Source: a virus
Lineage: Duplodnaviria > Caudoviricetes
DNA length: 64,000 nt
Virus record (IMG/VR): IMGVR_UViG_3300021399_000122
Coordinates: 32,001 to 96,000 of that record
Direction: 5' to 3' (one strand)
In this document: piece after piece, positions 19,701-29,525 of the stretch
Numbering within the stretch: position 1 is the first letter of the stretch
Layout: the number at the start of each line of letters is the position of its first letter
Position numbers and translations under genes: made by a program
The notes under the pieces: model-generated
The model's input: only the letters and a program-made list of their open reading frames with translations
What the model was told of the DNA's origin: nothing
Databases searched by the model: none

Positions 19701-19969
19701 TCAATGGTGACGGCGTACTAGTCACCAAGCAGGTCGAAGGAGAAACGGTTACTGTTGCAAAGTTCACAAAGGAAATCGCATACACCAACAATTTGCAGAT
19801 TGCCACTTTCGCAACTATCGGTGCGCATAGATTTGAAGCTATCGAAGGCCGCGAATGGGACTACCCAGAAAATGGTACTGCTGAAGAAAAGGCTGAGAAG
19901 ACAACCATGGGCACAGGCCTTGCGTGGATCGGTAAGCAGCAAGAATTGATAGAAAATATGGAGTCGTAA
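16751..19969 (+). CDS. Tail spike / baseplate hub (Tal-like) protein
   Basis: Follows Dit (GTGA overlap); ECIFVFDTINR, coiled coils, VFTDDAW...AIG.I...YGVNA, WSTTP...YYW.R repeats. Confidence 0.75.
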   Translation: MIVKYDSLNRFEKPKLILCNPGAKYTNGRLTNVLGTLSDYDSEEIVFNFNSTSDLNFRIYKVEHDDPERNAHSAFLYNAIKNKRLIFAENIGFFVIDDINVGYEGLIDYIDVTAHSAEAEIEQKKVPYIENNTYRFRTGVGSEAQQEGLFDTLVSLLPQWEIGEVDDAVAERYRTFEDVSIDANILSFMLQDMQNAYECIFVFDTINRVINVYDQNNYVRLTNIHLTKDDLIDTLHIEENSGDVYTAVSVLGGENITIGAVNPLGTNTIYDFSYYLDWMSEGLSAKVRRWQQLVADKESEYYSYSLQYYNKLNECSGSSQSIQQLQTQITIYKRLRANIVAGSSAYALAEYNQVILENGGTVVPITENISAMLAQIDRLIGECQTQIDTLNQELDAANEELDALEASIKGIVDSVALTSYFTQEEYDELYYYIFEGSYTDEYVVITDIMTPIERFEQMKILYDRAQSQLKRVSKPTQQFTLDVENFIFAKEFEHWSGQLETGCLINVELDNDDIAPLFLTNITINYDDHALSMTFGNRFNKYDPKTLFENVLGGINKSANTLNYLKETVYPIKSGEFNAMREQIQASRDLTMDAALSSENEEVTIDGSGYTGREKISDDEYDPRQVKLTGKSLVFTDDAWETCKVAIGQIILGDGTVTYGVNAETIIGDLIIGNQLVIKDNDGNDLFTIIDNRVSSEVSTISERLSQMIVDTQYTYCVRDYGTAPAASDADWTTAFPETWGEDQRVWRKTTITYEDGDTEVKAIEDITGAKGDDGVSVTSVVIEYILSGSKERITPLIYPSTSTIVGSDIYPSASEEWSTTPQDYVEGHYYWHRLVTTYSDGKVVYGDPTLDKELNDLWEVTSLTRSSLTQTQDAITALVERVTTGESNVDSLSRDVSAINQRADSIEMSVTDVRRDYVTKDELGYNSATQTFEQGSILDMTSQTITASVWRTEEGQYIYDTVANLDENGLSVSTKNSDSTSTINGDGVLVTKQVEGETVTVAKFTKEIAYTNNLQIATFATIGAHRFEAIEGREWDYPENGTAEEKAEKTTMGTGLAWIGKQQELIENMES

Positions 19970-19972
19970 AAT

Positions 19973-21934
19973 ATGGCTAACATTACAAGCAAATGGGCGG
20001 AGGTAGATTGGTGGTCTGACGCCACGAGCGACGCCAATGTTAAAGCTTATTGGAGAGTTATTGCGCGGTGCGAAGAGAGTAACTCCGATAACTATTCTAA
20101 CGTATACTTTTATGTCCAAAAAAGCATAACGAATACAGCAGGCGGATGGGCAAATTATCCAGCAACTAAATCTATAAAAATCACGGGTACGGGTGCAGCA
20201 AACGATACGCATAGCGCAACTGCAACGTGGAACTTTGGATACTGCGATAGTTCAGAATGGGTAGATGCATCTGGCAGCTACTCTGATTTTTATTGGAGTA
20301 AGGTAAGGCATAACAATGATGGCACTCTAACTGTACAAGCGCACATCACTGGCGACCGCATCACGGCAGGCTTCCCTATTGACACTTATATCACCCTGAC
20401 CTTTCCGACTATTCCAAGGGGTTCTACGATCACATCGTTCAGTAATTTTACTGTTGAGAACGGTTTTACCTTTTCGTACAAAGATATGCTCGATGGCAGG
20501 GCGCTTACGCTTGGTTGTGCAATAGGCAATACGAACGTGCTTTCGAAAACATACACATCATCAGCAGGTTCACACTCCGATACTATTACATTTACCAAAG
20601 CGCAGCTCAATACTATTTACAGCGCAATTGGTTCAAAGGCAAACTCCGCCAACTTTACCCTAACACTATCGACTGGCAGCATCAGTGGGTCTTCCTCCGC
20701 GACTGCAAGAGGGTCGCTCGCCGCAGCTTCTAACAAGCCAACGGTAAGTTCACCAACTATGGCTGAGGCAAACAGCACTATGAAGACCTGTGGGGTCGCA
20801 GACACTGAGATTGTGCGGTATCTTTCGCAGAAAAGAATAACCGTCACCGTGTCTGCGAGAAACGGAGCGTCTATTTCGTCTGTCAAGGTAAAAAATGGTG
20901 ACAACGGAACTAATGTCACAATGAGTTTGGTGTCTGGGAACACCTATTCTGCCATCGTTAATAATCCGTCGGTGGCAAAATATATTGTTACGGCGACTGA
21001 CTCCCGTGGTTTTTCAACAAGCGCTAACGCTACTGGTACGCTAAAGCAGTATACGTACCCTTCAATCACCAAGGTGGCATTCGACAGAGACTCGGCTGTC
21101 GTGTCGACCGGCTTTATCCAGCCCACTGGTTCTTATTGGGGTGGCACCGCTGGTAACACGACAAATTCGGTGACGTGGAATTATCGAATTAACTCCGGCG
21201 CGGTATCGGCGAATTACACGCCCGCCCAAGCTGGTGGCACATGGAGCGGAGGAGTAACCCTCCCAGATGAGACCTTGTTAAGGGATCACACTTATTATTG
21301 CGACGTCACTGTCAAGGACTCGTTTGGACAAACTGCTACATACAGAGCGAGCATTGGTATCGCAGAGCTATCCGTCTGGATTGGAAAGCGCACAGTCAAA
21401 GCCGAAGGTTTTGTTGGGGAGCATTTCATTGGCGGCGAAGCAGACTGCGATAAGTATCTCAATGTATTCCCCGTTGGCGCAATCTACATGAGTGTTACAG
21501 ATGTGAATCCGAGCACATATTTTGGTGGTACTTGGGTTCAAGTTGCACAGGGTCGTGCATTAATTGGTGCGGGCAGTTTGCAAGCAAATACAGTTAACAC
21601 TTGGGGTGATGTCACAGTTGGAGGATTTAATCCTGCTGTAAATGAACGCGGTGGTACATATACTCATAGACACTTTATGGACGGTCAGGATGCAGATGGC
21701 CCGCGTGCCGCAGTCGGTGCCACAGATAGTGATGTTAACTCAATTGGCTATGTCAGCTCACCACCAAGTGCTTGGGGGCCTTCAAGTACTAAACAGTATT
21801 CACTTTCTGCAACGATGAAAGACAAAACAGTTGATCATTCATTTAACCACTACACGCCGGTATTTGGTTATACGCGTGGTTCAACGCTCGTAGAACCGTA
21901 TCTAGCGGTGTATATATGGCAACGCACAGCTTAA
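19973..21934 (+). CDS. Minor tail/baseplate structural protein (DUF859-like)
   Basis: S/T-rich beta protein; PTIPRGS, VTATDSRG; C-terminal FPVGAIYMSV..NPSTYFGGTW...PYLAVYIWQRTA. Confidence 0.75.
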   Translation: MANITSKWAEVDWWSDATSDANVKAYWRVIARCEESNSDNYSNVYFYVQKSITNTAGGWANYPATKSIKITGTGAANDTHSATATWNFGYCDSSEWVDASGSYSDFYWSKVRHNNDGTLTVQAHITGDRITAGFPIDTYITLTFPTIPRGSTITSFSNFTVENGFTFSYKDMLDGRALTLGCAIGNTNVLSKTYTSSAGSHSDTITFTKAQLNTIYSAIGSKANSANFTLTLSTGSISGSSSATARGSLAAASNKPTVSSPTMAEANSTMKTCGVADTEIVRYLSQKRITVTVSARNGASISSVKVKNGDNGTNVTMSLVSGNTYSAIVNNPSVAKYIVTATDSRGFSTSANATGTLKQYTYPSITKVAFDRDSAVVSTGFIQPTGSYWGGTAGNTTNSVTWNYRINSGAVSANYTPAQAGGTWSGGVTLPDETLLRDHTYYCDVTVKDSFGQTATYRASIGIAELSVWIGKRTVKAEGFVGEHFIGGEADCDKYLNVFPVGAIYMSVTDVNPSTYFGGTWVQVAQGRALIGAGSLQANTVNTWGDVTVGGFNPAVNERGGTYTHRHFMDGQDADGPRAAVGATDSDVNSIGYVSSPPSAWGPSSTKQYSLSATMKDKTVDHSFNHYTPVFGYTRGSTLVEPYLAVYIWQRTA

Positions 21935-21972
21935 AAAGTGCGTTTTTATTTTTCTTTCGGAAGGAGGAACTC

Positions 21973-23775
21973 ATGCCCTATATAAAAACAGAATGGGTAG
22001 ATAACGAAACAGCAATTACAGCCAAACGATTAAACAAAATGGAGGCTGGAATTGAATTGGCGAGCAGTGTGCTCCCGGACAACGATGGTGCGGTTGGCCA
22101 GGTTCTCACCAAAACTGAGGACGGTACGCGTTGGGCCGAGGGTGGACGGCCTGCGACTGTGACCGGAGAAACGCTTGACCTGAATGGATCATCGTGGAGC
22201 GGTGGAGGAGATCACGGTGTTGCAGTCGAAGTAGATACGACCCTGTCAGTTAGCGGTGCGGCGGCAGACGCTAAAACGGTTGGCGATGCAATTGGTGATC
22301 GTTCAAAACTGGAAACAACCGCCAAGACCGACCTCGTATCTGCTATCAATGAAGCAGCTCAGAGAGGCGGAGCTGATATTACTTATGATGGCGACACGAT
22401 GATCGTCGACAAAAAAGGCGAAGGTGGATCGAGCGAATGTGAAGCAGTCGATAAGGTAGCAAGAAAAGCTATCGGCAATGTGGCAAGCACAGCCGATCCA
22501 GTGTCAGATGACTATCGCTATAACAAACTTCTAATTTCCGAAACAGATGTATCTCCATCTGAACAGTATTATTCAACTGTTGTTGAAAACGGTGAGTTGA
22601 GGAAAGTCATTAATCCATCAACTTCAACATTTTTTAACAACGGAGTGAATGATGTGTGCGCAGCATTAACCATTGCCGATGACTATCTGAAGAACTGGGA
22701 TCAGTTTTACTATGACATGTCAATTGGCGGAAAGGGAGGATTCGTTTATAACGGAACATTCGACAATCCAGAAGAGGATGCTCCTGCGCTTAATCAAAAC
22801 GGTCAGAAGGCAATGAATTGTGCTATATTCACAAATTTAGTGCTGCAAGGAGTGCCGTACACTTATTCAACGTACAGTAAACTCACACCGACCTATAAGA
22901 ATTTAGCAACGAATCCGGTCTTTGCTCCGAAGTCCAAAGATGCTATTGCTTACGGTCTTGAAAACCAGTATACATATCCGAATCTTTCACATCATGGTCT
23001 GTATACTTGGAAACTTGCAAGATATTTATATGATATGGGAGTATTAAGACCTGTTGGCGATAACATGATCATGAACACTGGACTCGGCTATCAAGCAGAA
23101 GGCACTTATAACCCAGGCGATATTCTTTTCTTTGCGCAGGATGGAAGCGTTAATGATTATTTCATGGGTGTTCGTCATTGTGCACTGTTAGCAGGCTTCA
23201 TTGGCTATTCAACTCTCAAGAAAAATATGTTGATTATTGAATGCTCATCTGTGAATAGTAGCCCAAATATTTCTGCATTGAAAGTCCGTACATTAAGAGA
23301 CAGCGATAATATTGTCGCTGCTTTTACTCCCGGCTACAACAACGGACTGAATTTAATGGCGCAGCCTACTACTAGTTTTGATGAAGACAATCAAGCATTT
23401 TCAACAAATCTCGTTGTTGAAAGAAATAACGTTGCTTGTCACGGATCAGATAACGCAATAAGTGTAAACAGTCAGTTTAGCGGGGTATTTAGCCATGCCA
23501 AACAATACAGAGGTGCATGCGTGCTTGTTGTTGATCCTATTTACACTAACAGTGTTGCTGCTGTCAAATGGGTGATCACATATCATAATACACTTGATTC
23601 ATGGTCGGATTCGATTCTCAACGGATCTGGCGAACATGCGATGGTGGGAGTTGGAAAGTTTATGATTCCGATTCCATATGGAACTGAAGTCAGCCTGTAT
23701 ACAGATTCGGATTATGTATCTGCTGCAAATTTGAAGCTGAATATTGTCACTTCAGATAAGTTCTTGAAAGTTTGA
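21973..23775 (+). CDS. Tail-associated protein with NlpC/P60-like domain
   Basis: Fibre-type N-terminus (GQVLTKT, VDTTLSVSGAAADAK, LETTAKTDLVSAINE); MNCAIF...PGDILFF...RHCAL. Confidence 0.65.
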   Translation: MPYIKTEWVDNETAITAKRLNKMEAGIELASSVLPDNDGAVGQVLTKTEDGTRWAEGGRPATVTGETLDLNGSSWSGGGDHGVAVEVDTTLSVSGAAADAKTVGDAIGDRSKLETTAKTDLVSAINEAAQRGGADITYDGDTMIVDKKGEGGSSECEAVDKVARKAIGNVASTADPVSDDYRYNKLLISETDVSPSEQYYSTVVENGELRKVINPSTSTFFNNGVNDVCAALTIADDYLKNWDQFYYDMSIGGKGGFVYNGTFDNPEEDAPALNQNGQKAMNCAIFTNLVLQGVPYTYSTYSKLTPTYKNLATNPVFAPKSKDAIAYGLENQYTYPNLSHHGLYTWKLARYLYDMGVLRPVGDNMIMNTGLGYQAEGTYNPGDILFFAQDGSVNDYFMGVRHCALLAGFIGYSTLKKNMLIIECSSVNSSPNISALKVRTLRDSDNIVAAFTPGYNNGLNLMAQPTTSFDEDNQAFSTNLVVERNNVACHGSDNAISVNSQFSGVFSHAKQYRGACVLVVDPIYTNSVAAVKWVITYHNTLDSWSDSILNGSGEHAMVGVGKFMIPIPYGTEVSLYTDSDYVSAANLKLNIVTSDKFLKV

Positions 23776-25390
23776 GGCGACTTATGGCAGAAAAAAAGAT
23801 ACTACGTAAAATCTACGATAAAGAATCTGACGTCTTGTATGACATTGGTGGCGCTGTTGATGCTTCTATCGATGGCGATGCGCTGGTGATTGATACTGAT
23901 ACATCTGATAATACTTTTTCAAATGACGATACAGTTGCATTTGCCCCAATCTATAAAGGTGACTATCTCACAAAAGATCTTCCTAGTTCGTGTCTGTTAA
24001 TTGACGGATATTTTTATACATTTAATGCAACAACGAATACCGACAATAAAGGAACGTTACGAGCATTTAATGTTTCAAATAATTCCGAGGATACTGGTAA
24101 AGCTAAGAGTATAAAACTTGGTCATGCAAATTCGGCAGCGTATGATCCGGATAATGGCAAAATTTATATTGCTCCGATTTGGGATTATTCATCCGGAAAT
24201 CCGGTTAACATCAACGAGTTATATGTTTATGGTACTAGCTTTACAACCGTTGACTCTGTAACACTTCCTACTAGGGCATTGGGTGTGTCATATGACGACC
24301 ATACCGGCACGTTATATTACATCGACTATAACTATGATGTTTATAAAATTAAATCGGAAAATGAAATTGTAAAATATTCAACGGTCGATGTCGACAATTC
24401 GGATTTGCAGTTTGCCACAAACGACACAGATTATAGTTTTAACCAAGATTTTGCCGTGAACAATGGGCGTTTTTATCTTTCATCGCCAGTAGGTATTATA
24501 GCAACTGGCGTTCTAGAAAAAGGCAAGACCTCAAAAATAGATGGATTCTATCACATGCTTCATAACGACACTTGGAATAGATATTTCATCGGAGAACTTG
24601 AAGGAATGGAATTCGTTGACGATCATCTCATTGCCTCTGTTTACAGCGATTTGAATCTCGGTTATAAAAACGGAATGGTTGTAGAACTTCCAATAACCAG
24701 CGTGGCGCCAACTCAGGGAGCATTCGGTTGGGGATTGACGAATAATACATTTTCGATCAACAACACCACGATTAACAAATTTAGACTGGCATCGAACGAA
24801 CTTAGAAGTCTTAATCAGCTGACTAACTGTATTTTTAAACCGTCAGCTATTAATGTTGGAGAATCTGGGGGATCATTTACAGATCCTTGTGATGAACCTA
24901 TTATTACAAGTTCGGCGCTGATTAGAATTAAAGGCAAATATTCAGTCAAGAATATTACAGTTTTTAATGGCGAAGTAAATTTCCATTTTGATGCTTCTGA
25001 TTCAGTTCTCGAATTACGTGCCACAAGCGGTGTATGTATTGGGAACGATCGGAATGGGATGATACATTTCAGCAGTCCTAATAACCAGATAAACATCTCA
25101 ACTCCAAACTATAGTGCTAGTTCTGTATCGCTTCTTGGAATCGGATATGTTGGGCCTGTTACGGTTATTCATAAGCCATTAGCATCTCTTGAAAATAAGA
25201 GCGCTTTAAACATCGGTTCTACGAATGTAATAGGCGAAACCGGTATATTTGTAGGAAGTGTCAAGAAATAGTGAGGTGACTTATGACAGAAAAAAAGATA
25301 CTACGTAAAGTCTATGATAGAGCGTCCGGCATCTGGTATGACATTGGTGGATCTGTCAATGCTTCTATCGATGGCAATTCGCTGGTAATC
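23773..25390 (+). repeat. Imperfect ~118-bp direct repeat at the starts of two genes (23773-23891 and 25272-25390)
   Basis: TGAGG(C/T)GACTTATG(G/A)CAGAAAAAAAGATACTACGTAAA...TATGACATTGGTGG...ATGCTTCTATCGATGGC...CGCTGGT in both. Confidence 0.85.
23784..25271 (+). CDS. Putative receptor-binding protein with beta-propeller
   Basis: LGHANSAAYD, GVSYD, NQDFAV, GELEGMEF blade-like motifs; N-terminus shared with the next gene. Confidence 0.55.
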   Translation: MAEKKILRKIYDKESDVLYDIGGAVDASIDGDALVIDTDTSDNTFSNDDTVAFAPIYKGDYLTKDLPSSCLLIDGYFYTFNATTNTDNKGTLRAFNVSNNSEDTGKAKSIKLGHANSAAYDPDNGKIYIAPIWDYSSGNPVNINELYVYGTSFTTVDSVTLPTRALGVSYDDHTGTLYYIDYNYDVYKIKSENEIVKYSTVDVDNSDLQFATNDTDYSFNQDFAVNNGRFYLSSPVGIIATGVLEKGKTSKIDGFYHMLHNDTWNRYFIGELEGMEFVDDHLIASVYSDLNLGYKNGMVVELPITSVAPTQGAFGWGLTNNTFSINNTTINKFRLASNELRSLNQLTNCIFKPSAINVGESGGSFTDPCDEPIITSSALIRIKGKYSVKNITVFNGEVNFHFDASDSVLELRATSGVCIGNDRNGMIHFSSPNNQINISTPNYSASSVSLLGIGYVGPVTVIHKPLASLENKSALNIGSTNVIGETGIFVGSVKK

Positions 25391-26677
25391 GGTAGCGACA
25401 AGATTGATGCGAACGCGTATCCGTCATCAACTCTTGATATTCTGACGACTCAAGTCATCTATAATGCGATGATGAGCTACCACATGCATATTTGGTCTAT
25501 AGGAAGCAACAACAAATTTAGTTATGGCAACTATCTGACAAACAATACTTCTGGTAATAGCATGACCGCATTAGATCCTGAAGGAAGCGGAACCGTATAC
25601 GACAAGCTTGATTGTTCGACATTTGTGCTTCTTTGTTTGATGGGTATACCATTTCAGGATTCTCCTTATAACGGAAAAACAAACATTAGTCCAGTTACAA
25701 CATTCGAACGGTTCTTCAAAGTTGATCCGGAACGAAATCCTTCAGGACGAATCAGATGGGCTGGAGAACTGTTGGAATACGCAGAGAGCAACGGCCTTGT
25801 TTACAAATACACTGACCCGAAGCAGGTAAAAACAGGCGATGTGGTCTTTTATATTTGGGACGACGATAAATGGGCAGAATTCCCATCGACAAGTTTCGCC
25901 AAGAAGGGATACGGGGCGTATAAACACTGTGCGCACGTAGGAATGCTCATTGATGGTTGCACCATGGATGGCTATACGAATGGGATTGGCATCATCCAGG
26001 CCATGAGCACTGATGCACTTATCGATTTACGTCCTTGGGAGGGCTTTGAAATCCCAGGACAGCATTTATATCCTTACATCATGAGACCTAATCTGAAACT
26101 GATCGGTGATGTATGGGCTCGTGGATTATGGAAATTCAGAAGTCCTGGCGACAGAACGAATCCGGACAAACTGTTTCTGAATTACTATATGGATTCGCAA
26201 GCAGTCAGATTTTCTGGCAACAGGATTCCGTCAAACGCTTTTGACTTTGGTCTTACAAGCGGCGCGCCGGACGACACTAAAACAGGAAGATTGACGACAT
26301 ACTACATTCCATATTCGCCATCGATTGTAATTGAAGGATTTCAGTCCGGAACAAAGTACATTGCATCGTATTACAACGCTAATCAGGAATACATTGATTT
26401 AACGACTAATACGATCGATCGAACAAAGAAGAACACCGCTTATATTCGACTGTCTTTCGAGAGCGCTACGAATGATGGAGTTCTTACGGCAGATCAGAAA
26501 ACGGCTCTCATCAATAACATCGTCATTCGTTATCACAACGAGAGCATGGCATATGTAAGAGATGAGAATATAAATTCGCATTTGCCAAGTTACAACGGAG
26601 TTGATAGCGTATTTTACTTTACGACTCCGACGCTGATTAATCCGCAGGTTGTGTCTGGTAATTTATATTTGGAGTAA
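25283..26677 (+). CDS. NlpC/P60-like domain protein
   Basis: LDCSTFV...TGDVVFY...AHVGML Cys/His motifs. Confidence 0.7.
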   Translation: MTEKKILRKVYDRASGIWYDIGGSVNASIDGNSLVIGSDKIDANAYPSSTLDILTTQVIYNAMMSYHMHIWSIGSNNKFSYGNYLTNNTSGNSMTALDPEGSGTVYDKLDCSTFVLLCLMGIPFQDSPYNGKTNISPVTTFERFFKVDPERNPSGRIRWAGELLEYAESNGLVYKYTDPKQVKTGDVVFYIWDDDKWAEFPSTSFAKKGYGAYKHCAHVGMLIDGCTMDGYTNGIGIIQAMSTDALIDLRPWEGFEIPGQHLYPYIMRPNLKLIGDVWARGLWKFRSPGDRTNPDKLFLNYYMDSQAVRFSGNRIPSNAFDFGLTSGAPDDTKTGRLTTYYIPYSPSIVIEGFQSGTKYIASYYNANQEYIDLTTNTIDRTKKNTAYIRLSFESATNDGVLTADQKTALINNIVIRYHNESMAYVRDENINSHLPSYNGVDSVFYFTTPTLINPQVVSGNLYLE

Positions 26678-26680
26678 TCT

Positions 26681-27859
26681 ATGGCATTTGTTAATAAAAT
26701 TTACGATAAAGATAATGATGTTTGGTACGATATTGTCGGGAATAAATCAAATCAGAATAGTTTCCCAACGGCATCCGGCCCAAACTATGATTTTCTTCCA
26801 TGCTTAAAAACATGGCTTTATAACAACGATAAACTTAGGTATTCAAACCTAGGAGGAAATCCGAATAGTTTTAATAGAGTCAATAAAGTAAACTCGATGA
26901 TTACGGAGCCATTAGCGAGTTCGGTTGTCGACGGGAAGTATCCGATCGACTGCCAGTCGTTAGTTATGATATGCTTAATGGGTATAGGCTTTGAAGAATC
27001 TGTATTTGGAGATAGGTCAAATACTCCAAAATATCCTAGAGCCCCTATCAATTTCCTTTCTGATGACTTTTGCAAGTATACGTTGATCGTTGGTCACGGC
27101 GAAACAAAGTCATTACCGGATAATATTTCGTACAGACGACTAGCAACTTGGCAATTTGCAGAATTCTTGGACAGTATTGGCATGTACTATCATGTTGGAG
27201 AAGGGTTCTCTTTAGATAGTCTTCAGCCTGGGGATATTTTGTTCGAAGGAAGAGATGAATATTTGCCCAAACTTGATGGTATTTTTCACGCAGAATTTTA
27301 TGTTGGTAAAACACATCTTGATGGTGTTTGGGTGGCAGAATCAGCAAGTTCCCAAGACACTTATCCAGTTCATATAAGACATAAATCAATAAGCACCCTA
27401 AAAGAAAAACTTGTTGGTTATGCAAGAATTCCACTTGGTTATAACAATTACGGTAATGTGAACGACAATATTGCAACATTCACTAGTGGGAATACTGCAT
27501 ATAAGCATACAGCTACACTTGATGCTCCGGCAGCAAATTGGGACTTATATGAGGTAACGGTTAAGTACACATATAAGGATGCCAACGCTATTGGAAATGC
27601 TTTCCCGGCCATTGATATTGGCATGTGGATCTATTCAAGATATAGTGACGATACAATGCCTAACGTCAAGGTAAACGTCCCGATTGTAATTAAGCACATC
27701 GTATGCGTTAATCCAGAGTATCACGAATTAACGGCCGATAATGTTACGACATTAACAGCGACTTTATATGTACCTAGTGACAAATCTTATACAGTAACTG
27801 ATTCATCAGGAACCACGCAGATTATTTCTGTGAAAGCTCTTATGAGAAAGAACGGGTGA
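26681..27859 (+). CDS. NlpC/P60-like domain protein
   Basis: IDCQSLV...LQPGDILF...FHAEFYVG. Confidence 0.7.
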   Translation: MAFVNKIYDKDNDVWYDIVGNKSNQNSFPTASGPNYDFLPCLKTWLYNNDKLRYSNLGGNPNSFNRVNKVNSMITEPLASSVVDGKYPIDCQSLVMICLMGIGFEESVFGDRSNTPKYPRAPINFLSDDFCKYTLIVGHGETKSLPDNISYRRLATWQFAEFLDSIGMYYHVGEGFSLDSLQPGDILFEGRDEYLPKLDGIFHAEFYVGKTHLDGVWVAESASSQDTYPVHIRHKSISTLKEKLVGYARIPLGYNNYGNVNDNIATFTSGNTAYKHTATLDAPAANWDLYEVTVKYTYKDANAIGNAFPAIDIGMWIYSRYSDDTMPNVKVNVPIVIKHIVCVNPEYHELTADNVTTLTATLYVPSDKSYTVTDSSGTTQIISVKALMRKNG

Positions 27860-27862
27860 CTT

Positions 27863-28066
27863 ATGACTTATATTTCAAAAATTAATGACAAAGACAATGA
27901 TATTTACTACGATATCGCAGATGTACAAGCGAGAGCTGGCATTGAAGATTTAAAGAGCCAATTTGATGAGACCACTATCGGTGGTATTGATGAAATTGTA
28001 AACGCATGGCTCGATAAACACCCCGAAGCAATAATGACTGTGACCGGAGAGGTACTCGACTTATGA
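27863..28066 (+). CDS. Small hypothetical tail-region protein
   Basis: N-terminal KINDKDNDIYYDIAD; AWLDKHPEA motif; stop overlaps next ATG. Confidence 0.7.
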   Translation: MTYISKINDKDNDIYYDIADVQARAGIEDLKSQFDETTIGGIDEIVNAWLDKHPEAIMTVTGEVLDL

Positions 28067-28398
28067 CGGCGAGAATTTCTGGCAAGACTATCACCCTCAC
28101 AAGAGGTGATACATTTAAGGCTACGGTAGAGATTTTCAACGAAGATGGTAGTGTATACGTCCCTCTCCCAGGGGACGAGGTACGCTTCGCTATGAAGCAA
28201 AACTATAACTCAACCGAAATAAAGCTTGAAAAAGAAATCCCAATTGACACCTTGTTACTCGAAATTGACCCTGCAGACACAAAGTGGTTAAAACAGCCGG
28301 CTGATTATGTTTATGATATTCAACTGACGCATATCAACGGAGACATTGACACCTTCATCGCCAATGGAAAGTTTAGAATTATCGAGGAGGTAGATTGA
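28063..28398 (+). CDS. BppU-like baseplate accessory protein
   Basis: ITLTRGDT...YVYDIQLT...IDTFI pattern. Confidence 0.65.
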   Translation: MTARISGKTITLTRGDTFKATVEIFNEDGSVYVPLPGDEVRFAMKQNYNSTEIKLEKEIPIDTLLLEIDPADTKWLKQPADYVYDIQLTHINGDIDTFIANGKFRIIEEVD

Positions 28399-28658
28399 TG
28401 CCTGATAAGCTTAGTGGAACACTGTCGCAAAACGGAAAGCTCAGCGGTGTCTTGTCGACGAAGAACAGACTTACAGGGCAACTTTCGATGGCTGTTGATG
28501 CCGTTTTTAATGATGACTACAACAAACTAAAAGAGGATACGCTCCCTCAAATAAACAGCGTGGCTTTAAAGGGAAATAAACTCTCGTCTGAACTGCATGT
28601 TCAACACGAGATGAATGCAATTTCATATCAGGATATTGATGAATTGCTTTTTGGATAG
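28395..28658 (+). CDS. Hypothetical tail-region protein
   Basis: LSG repeats; DYNKL...PQINSVALKGNK. Confidence 0.65.
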   Translation: MMPDKLSGTLSQNGKLSGVLSTKNRLTGQLSMAVDAVFNDDYNKLKEDTLPQINSVALKGNKLSSELHVQHEMNAISYQDIDELLFG

Positions 28659-28674
28659 ATTGGAGGAAATGAAC

Positions 28675-29511
28675 ATGTCCGATAGTTTTCTGAACTTAAC
28701 TGGTCTCAGGTATTATCACGATAAGTTGAAGAGTTTATTTGCAAAAAAGTCAGATGTCGACACAGCGCTTTCCGACAAAGTTGACAAAGAAACCGGCAAA
28801 GGATTATCGACAAATGACTATACAACAACAGAAAAGAATAAGCTGAGGGATATCGCTACCGGCGCTCAGGTAAACGTAATCGAGTCTGTTAAGGTTAATG
28901 GAAATGCTTTAAACATTACGGCTAAGGCTGTTGACGTGAATGTGCCGACGGCAGTTTCTCAGCTTACAAATGATGGTAACTTTGTAACAGATGCAAGCTA
29001 CGTTCATACAGACAACAACTTCACTGATACATTGTTATCAAAGCTTAATGGTATTGCAGATGGCGCAACAAAAACAACAATCGATTCAGAGCTGAACTCC
29101 ACCAGCGCCAACCCCGTACAAAACAAAGTAATCAACACAGCTCTTGGTGCGAAGGCCCCGCTTGCAACCCCTACGTTCACAGGAACGCCTAAGGCTCCAA
29201 CTGCGGCTGCAGGAACAAATACAACTCAGATCGCAACCACCGAATTCGTGACAACAGCAGTTGCAAATGCAATTGCTGGCGTTACATCTATCAGCTATCA
29301 AGTCGTTACAAGCCTGCCGGCAACAGGTGAAAACGGTGTCATTTATCTGGTTGCTCACTCACACGGAGCCGGAGATGCATATGACGAATATGTCTGGGCT
29401 GGTACATCGTTTGAGAAGCTTGGCAATACAGACATTGACCTGTCTGGCTATATGCTGAAGACAGACATGATTGCAATTACTACGGCTGAGATCGATACAT
29501 TATTTGCGTAA
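28675..29511 (+). CDS. Fibre-like structural protein
   Basis: KVDKETGKGLSTNDYT..EKNKL and APLATPTFTGTPKAPTAAAGTNTTQIATTEFV fibre repeats; SD GGAGG. Confidence 0.75.
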   Translation: MSDSFLNLTGLRYYHDKLKSLFAKKSDVDTALSDKVDKETGKGLSTNDYTTTEKNKLRDIATGAQVNVIESVKVNGNALNITAKAVDVNVPTAVSQLTNDGNFVTDASYVHTDNNFTDTLLSKLNGIADGATKTTIDSELNSTSANPVQNKVINTALGAKAPLATPTFTGTPKAPTAAAGTNTTQIATTEFVTTAVANAIAGVTSISYQVVTSLPATGENGVIYLVAHSHGAGDAYDEYVWAGTSFEKLGNTDIDLSGYMLKTDMIAITTAEIDTLFA

Positions 29512-29525
29512 GGCGGTGACGCTCT

